The translations under genes and the position numbers were made by a program. Below, in pieces: positions 57,500 to 64,000 of a stretch of 64,000 nt of DNA. The DNA is taken from contig CP086569.2 in assembly GCA_009914755.4 (NCBI GenBank), positions 2,496,001-2,560,000 on the forward strand, given 5' to 3'. Within the stretch, counting starts at the first letter, position 1. Each line of letters starts with the position of its first letter. Source of the stretch: the human T2T-CHM13v2.0 reference genome, Homo sapiens. A model generated the notes under the pieces. It was not told the DNA's origin and ran no database searches. It worked only from the letters and a program-made list of their open reading frames with translations.

Positions 57500-58310
57500 C
57501 TAGGTAAAACCAGGACATACAGAAATAGGAGCTGAGGAGATGTAGTGAGAAGTGACCAGAAGACAAGAGTGCAAACCTTCTGTTATGCCCGGACAGGGTC
57601 ACCAGAGGTCTCCTGGGTCTAGTGGTAATGCCAGCATCTGGGAAGATGCCCATTGCCAAGCAGACCTTGGTCTAGCAGTAGCGTCAGTGTCAAGGAAAAA
57701 CACCTGCTACTCAGCAGACTGGGAAAGGGAGTCTCCCTTTCCCTGGGGGATTTAGAGAAGACTGTGCTCTTCCACCTCTTGTGGAGGGCCTGACATCAGC
57801 CAGGTTCGCCCGCAGTTATCCGGAGGCCTAACCCTCTGCCTGTGATGCTGTGCTTCAGTGGTCATGCTCCTAGTCCGCCTTCATGTTCCATCCTGTACAC
57901 TTGGCTCTGCCTTTTAGATAGCAGTAGCAAATTAGTGAAAGTACTAAAAGTCTCTGATAAGCAGAAATAATGGCGTAAGCTGTCTCTCTCTCCTCTCTAT
58001 CTCTGCCTTGGCTGCCAGAAAGGAAAGGGCCCCTGTCCAGTGGACATGTGACCCACGTGACCTTACCTATCATTGGAGATGGCTCATACTCCTTACCCTG
58101 CTCCTTTGTCTTGTATCCAATAAATATCAGTGTAGCCTGGCATTCGGGGCCACTACCAGTCTCCGCATCTTGGTGGTAGTGGTCCCCTGCTGTCATTTAT
58201 CTCTTTGTCTTGTGTCTTTATTTCTACACTGTCTTGTCTCTGCACATGAGGAGAAAACCCACCAACCCTGTGGGGCTGGTCCCTACAACTTTCAACGAAT
58301 TTAACCTAAA
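57500..58310 (+). mobile_element. ERV LTR-like element, probably a solo LTR, family not determined
   Basis: Non-Alu, non-L1 block ending with an aataaa poly(A) signal at about 58122 followed by an R/U5-like stretch (cagtgtagcctggcattcggggccactaccagtctccgcatcttggtggtagtggtcccctgctg). Supports only antisense/overlapping low-complexity ORFs (57870-58196 minus, 58008-58304 plus). Confidence 0.4.
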
Positions 58311-58332
58311 TAGGGACAGACTACTTTACAAG

Positions 58333-59077
<745 letters not shown>

Positions 59078-59421
59078 TCATGTTGACCACTATTTTTTGC
59101 ATTTGTTTACTCTTTCCTCCTTCCCCCTCGTCTCCCCCTCCCTGCATTTGTTATGTTGTTGCCGTTGCTGTTTGTGTGACACTTGCCTTAACCTTACAAT
59201 ATTGTATTCCACATTTAACCCATCCTTTTCCATCCTCTCATTACTTTCTCCTGCTTCTTCTAAAATTTGATTTTCTTTTTTCTTTGTTCCCCTGGTATTT
59301 ACCCAAGTTAGTCTGTTCACTTTTCATCCTTTTAGGCATCAGACTTTTTTTTGTAAAAAAAAAAAATCATCTTCAACATTTAATCATGTTTACTACAGTA
59401 CCCTATGCAGTTTGAAAACTA

Positions 59422-59735
<314 letters not shown>

Positions 59736-60540
59736 TAAAAAGTGGTATTATATTTTAATGGCATGTGGACATAGGTGAAATGACCATTGTTTTGTGTCAT
59801 GGTATGCCAGCATAAGGAATCAGGATTCCCTGTATAGATCATGGATTATTCATTCCAAACTTTTCCTACTTAGGTGCAATTTGAAAATATATGCATATGG
59901 TCAAATGGCAGCAGTAGGTTTCCAGCCTGAGAAATCTGGCTGTACAAATCCATACACCATCCCAACTTCAGCTTTTCCAGAAAGCTGAGTGATGAATCTT
60001 GTCAGGCTTTAGCTTGTGACACCAGCAGTTTTACAGTATACAAAATCCACTCTGCTGCTTCTGAAAAGTTGCATAGCTGGAATCCCCAGTGTAATCCATT
60101 TCAGCACAACAACTGGGAATCTTTGCTGCAAATAAAGGAAGGCATGGTAAGTATGCAGCTAGTTCTTTCAGGCAAGGACCTGCCAGTCAAAGCAGAAGAT
60201 AGAAAAGAAATTTTAGAAGAGGCAGGGGAAAATCAACACATTTCAATGAGATAAAAGGAAAGAAGCCTTTATGGTGGTATTGCCGAAAGTGTGCACATTT
60301 GCATAGTGGTCAGATAACTGGAAGCTAAAAAGAAAGCTTGATAGCTGAATTGATAACCAGCGACACTAGTTTCATTAAGTCAAAATTGTTCCAACTCTAG
60401 CCAACACTGCTTTGGCCTACCCCTTGAAGAAAGGTTGTGGTGAAGAGCAAAGAGAAAAAGTAATGGCTGAACACCATGAATGTTTGTTTTTGACAATGAA
60501 AGTAGATTTTAATGGGATTAAGCATATAGTCAATATTTAC

Positions 60541-60640
60541 TGATACACACACACACACATATATATATATAAATAAATATATATATATATATATACATAT
60601 ATATAAATAAATATATATATATAAACATACATATATATAT
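60541..60640. repeat. Compound (CA)n(TA)n(ATAAATAA) microsatellite
   Basis: acacacacacacatatatatatataaataaatatatatatatatatacatatatataaataaatatatatatataaacatacatatatatat. Confidence 0.95.
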
Positions 60641-61044
60641 CAGTCACTGTGTTAGGTCACTGCTGGGTGTCCCAGACAGATAGACAAGAAAATTAATGTG
60701 ATAGATAAGAAACATCTCTTGGAAGGAGTGATGTCTGTGCTGGAGGAGTCTTAAGTAGGCAAAGAGGGAGAGGGGGTCTTTTATCTCCAGGAAAGAAATG
60801 GGGCAAAAGGTACAAGATGGGAAAGGGCATGGCCGAAAGTGGTTTGTTTGAATCTTGCTCCAGATAAACAGTAGTGAAACAGACATGAAGCTGAAAGGTA
60901 GACAAATGTCAGATCTTGAAGTGATTTATTCAGCCATCCTGAGGACCTGGGCTCAAAATCTAGAAGGTATTAAATGCCAACTTAAGAAATTAAATCTGAG
61001 TTTGGATGGAGCATGAAGCCAATGTGATAAAAGTGTGCATTAGA

Positions 61045-61338
61045 GGCTAGGTATGCTGGCTTATGGCTGTTATCCCAGCACATTGGGAGGCAAAGGTGAG
61101 TGGATCACCTAAGGCCAGGAGAGCCTGGCCAACATGGCGAAACCCCGTCTCTAATAAAAATACAAAAATTAGCCCAGCATGGTGCTGCACATCTGTAACC
61201 CTAGCTACTTGGGAGGCTGAGGCATGAGAATCACTTGAACCCAGAGGTGGAGGATGCAGTGAGCTGAGATCACTCCAGTGCACTGTGGTCTGATGACAGA
61301 CTGAGACTCTGTCTCAAAAAACAAATAAATAAATAAAA
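61045..61338 (+). mobile_element. Alu, plus orientation
   Basis: ggctaggtatgctggcttatggctgttatcccagcacattgggaggcaaaggtgagtggatcacctaaggccaggag ... ctgtctcaaaaaacaaataaataaataaaaag. Confidence 0.9.
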
Positions 61339-62514
61339 AGAGAAGAAAATGTGCATTGGAAAATGTGAAAGGTGGACTCTTGCAGGAGGTTATTAAAGGC
61401 AAAAACCTGCTGGAATGCTTTGACGGAAGGTCAGAAATGGCCCTTGCTGATGCCAGCTGTGAAATTCCACCATGTCCTGCCAGTGATGCAGTCCATGAGT
61501 ATAATATCACGTGAACTTTGTTACTCAAGTGATGATGCAAATAATGATGATCATGTTTACTGAGCTGGCTAGGTATGAACTGTAATAAAGATGATCTTTG
61601 CCAACTAAAATCCAAGTTTAAAATAACTAGGGAAATGTAACTGAGAAAATACTGAAGTAAATAGTGTGTTAAGCTTTCTCCGGAGTTTTTATTTGTGTGT
61701 GCATGTGTATGTGTGCATTTGTTCCTTCCTTTGTGCCATCCTAATTTAGGCCCTCATTTGATTTAGGCCAGACTTCGAGAAGTTGCTTATTACCTTTTGC
61801 TAGCTTCAGTTCCTTTTTTTGCCCTTGCTCACTGCCATGGTTTTGAATGTCCCCTCCAAATCTAACATTGAAATTCTGTAGCCATTGTAATAGTGTTGGG
61901 AGGTGGGACCTTTAAGAAATGATTAGCTGTGAGGGTGCAACCTATCATGACTGGATCGATGGCATTATCTTGAGAATAAGTTAGTTATTGTGTGAGTGGG
62001 CTTTGGATCAAAGGATGAGTTTGGCCCTGATTTTCTGTTTATCACAAGTCCTTCACTGTATGATGCCCTCCTGCCATGTTGTAAAGGAACCCTCACCAGA
62101 TGCAGCCCCTTGGACTTCCCAGCCTCCAGAAACATGAGCAAAATGAGTTTTTTTTTACAAATTACCCAGTCAATGGTATTCTGTTGTTGCAGCAGCAAAT
62201 GGATTAAAGCACTCTATTATTTTTTCCTCTTTAGAGAACTAAATAAACTTACAAAGGGGCATGTCAAATTTCCTGTCGAATGATCAAAAAGTCCACATAT
62301 GTTGTAAAAATAGTATAATAGCCCACCACTGAAATAAAGTACCATTTTATGAAATCTTAACCTTGTTTTCAGAAATAAGGGAAAAGCAACCATAAAGGTA
62401 AACATGTAATTTTATTGTTTAATAAGAGAATTGCAGGAATTTAAAAATTTTTTATCAATGTAAATTTCAGTCCCTGTTGTCCTGCATAATCTGTTACCCC
62501 TTTGGTGGAAGATA

Positions 62515-63144
62515 TGTTGTAATTAGGGTGATATTTGTCCAGTGAAGACGGTTGATGAGATGGCCTGAAAAGACAGGCAGCCGATGTATCAAATGTCATA
62601 GGCATTTGGAACCACTGGTTGCCTGCTGGTGGCAGGTTAGGATAAGGAGCCTCATTGACTGATACCTCAAAATATCTGGTTGGAAAAGTAGTTGTTCCAC
62701 TGGCAGCCCCAAAAAGCTATTCTGTAAGGGAGGTGTGATGTGGTATTGAGAAGTTGTGGTTGTAACAAAATTCACAATGTGTCCATTTGTTTGCATGTAG
62801 CTGCTATGAGAGTGCATATGAATATTGGTCAACTGATTTAAAATAGCATGTTGATCTGTGGCAATTTGGTCTGATGATCCAACTGAAGTTGAAGATGGAG
62901 GAGGAAAACTGCTTCTGACTGGGTCAGTTGAACTAGCAATTCTCTAGCTGACACAATACTTCCTTGTTAGAGGCATATTTAAATTTGTAGAGGTTGGAAA
63001 TGAACTTTCTTCACTAGTTTCAGCAGCTAAGCCAGAATTATGACTATCCATGTTATACCCTGCTCTAAAGTGCTTCTTGTTGAAATCTTCAGCAAATAAA
63101 GTAGATACAGGAGAAGGATTTTTAATCCCAACTCTTCATTCTTA
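62515..63144 (-). pseudogene. HSFY3P: Unprocessed pseudogene fragment homologous to the second coding exon of heat-shock transcription factor Y-linked (HSFY); likely HSFY3P
   Basis: Hand translation of the minus strand gives ...RMK-RVGIKNPSPVSTLFAEDFNKKHFRAGYNMDSHNSGLAAETSEESSFPTSTNLNMPLTRKYCVS*RIASSTDPVRSSFPPPSSTSVGSSDQIATDQHAILNQLTNIHMHSHSSYMQTNGHIVNFVTTTTSQYHITPPLQNSFLGLPVEQ, then after a frameshift VSVNEAPYPNLPPAGNQWFQMPMTFDTSAACLFRPSHQPSSLDKYHPNYN. This is collinear with the C-terminal half of HSFY1 as recalled from memory. It contains an in-frame TAG (62944-62946), a codon deletion near the start and a frameshift. The homology is preceded by a retained splice acceptor (ccccaactttcag at 63145-63157 on the minus strand). 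Confidence 0.75.
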
Positions 63145-63353
63145 CTGAAAGTTGGGGACAGTCATGTTTGAAATTTGGATTACGAGAACTCTAACTAAAA
63201 CCAAAGGAGAAGTTGATTTAGTGCCATTTTTAACCAAGAGACAAGCGATTATCACAAATCTAACGTGTAAAGTCTCAGATTTCTGTATTATCACACACAG
63301 TTAATGTCATCAGCTAATGCATGCACATTGTTGGCTATTTTTAAGAATGCGCA

Positions 63354-63647
63354 GCCGGGCGCGGTGGCTCACGCCTGTAATCCCAGCACTTTGGGAGGCC
63401 AAGGCAGGCAGATCATGAGGTCAGGAGATCGAGGCCATCCTGGGTAACACGGTGAAGCCCCATCTCTACTAAAAATACAAAAAAAATTTAGCTGGGCTTG
63501 GTGGCGGGTGCCTCTATTCCCAGCTACTGGGGAGGCTGAGGCAGGAGAATGGCATGAACCCGGGAGGCGGAGCTTGCAGTGAGCCGAGGCCACTACACTC
63601 CAGCCTGGGCTACAGAGCGAGACTCTGTCTCAAAAAAAAAAAAAAAA
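63354..63647 (+). mobile_element. AluY-like, plus orientation, with target-site duplication aagaatgc, lying in the intron-equivalent just upstream (minus sense) of the HSFY pseudo-exon
   Basis: gccgggcgcggtggctcacgcctgtaatcccagcactttgggaggccaaggcaggcagatcatgaggtcaggagatcgaggccatcctgggtaacacggtgaagccccatctc... Flanks are ttaagaatgc|gca and aaaaaaaagaatgcactt. Confidence 0.95.
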
Positions 63648-64000
63648 GAATGCACTTTTTGGGAAAAAAAGCATTCAATTAATAAAGCCGTCAAGTGAAA
63701 ACATGTTATATATTGACAGTAACATTTCACTAGTGGCTTTGGTATCTTTATTTGGAGTTCACTGATAAGATTCAAAGTTGTTGGCAAAATTTTTTAAGAC
63801 ACTGAAAGTTTAATGCTCAAGTTGTCCTCAATGTTTTCAAAAAATTAAATAACCTTAGTATTTCACATAATTTTTGAAATTTGGTCTTACTGCATGTATT
63901 AGCATGTTTACTGATGTATAAAATAAAATCATATATTATACTCTACTTGTGGTAACTGAAATATTTTGAATACTTTGCTTAAAACAGAGACTTGTTTTTC

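Noticed and set aside
62596-62832. ORF-track start codon (M) at 62830-62832 on the minus strand
   Set aside because: The codon is TTG, not ATG. The track evidently uses bacterial start rules, so the M is an artefact. The ORF is part of the longer HSFY pseudogene reading frame, not an independent gene.

Overview
This window is human genomic DNA, not a prokaryotic locus. It is dense with Alu SINEs (more than 30 copies, many with target-site duplications), L1 LINE fragments in both orientations, LTR-like pieces and microsatellites. The central feature is a complete 7-exon ribosomal protein S4 gene on the + strand; its conceptual translation, compared with sequences recalled from memory (no search was run), carries the Y-linked substitutions seen in RPS4Y1 rather than RPS4X, which would place the window on Yp11.2 between SRY and ZFY. 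The gene runs from a 5'-TOP transcription start at about 22433 to the poly(A) signal at 47761. Exon 1 contributes only the ATG (22456-22458). The CDS exons are 22996-23073, 24908-25088, 26477-26574, 35432-35603, 45920-46077 and 47625-47726, giving 263 aa. It sits behind a TATA-less CpG-island promoter. A second gene-derived feature lies at 62515-63144 on the minus strand: an unprocessed pseudogene fragment homologous to the second coding exon of the heat-shock factor HSFY, with an in-frame stop and a frameshift, probably HSFY3P. The upstream 22 kb and the 3' flank are repeat-rich intergenic DNA. They contain a 5'-intact but internally deleted L1, an old antisense L1M filling RPS4Y1 intron 5, a GC-rich block at 48.3-49.3 kb with spurious overlapping ORFs, and an ERV LTR-like element near 58 kb. 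Nearly all ORFs in the supplied six-frame track are artefacts of Alu, L1 or GC-rich sequence. The track also appears to use bacterial start rules: the codon called M at 62830-62832 on the minus strand is TTG. I found no CRISPR array, tRNA or rRNA gene, and no prokaryote-style operon or defence system. The sequence-based novelty candidates are the HSFY fragment, the GC-rich block and the candidate Y-STRs.
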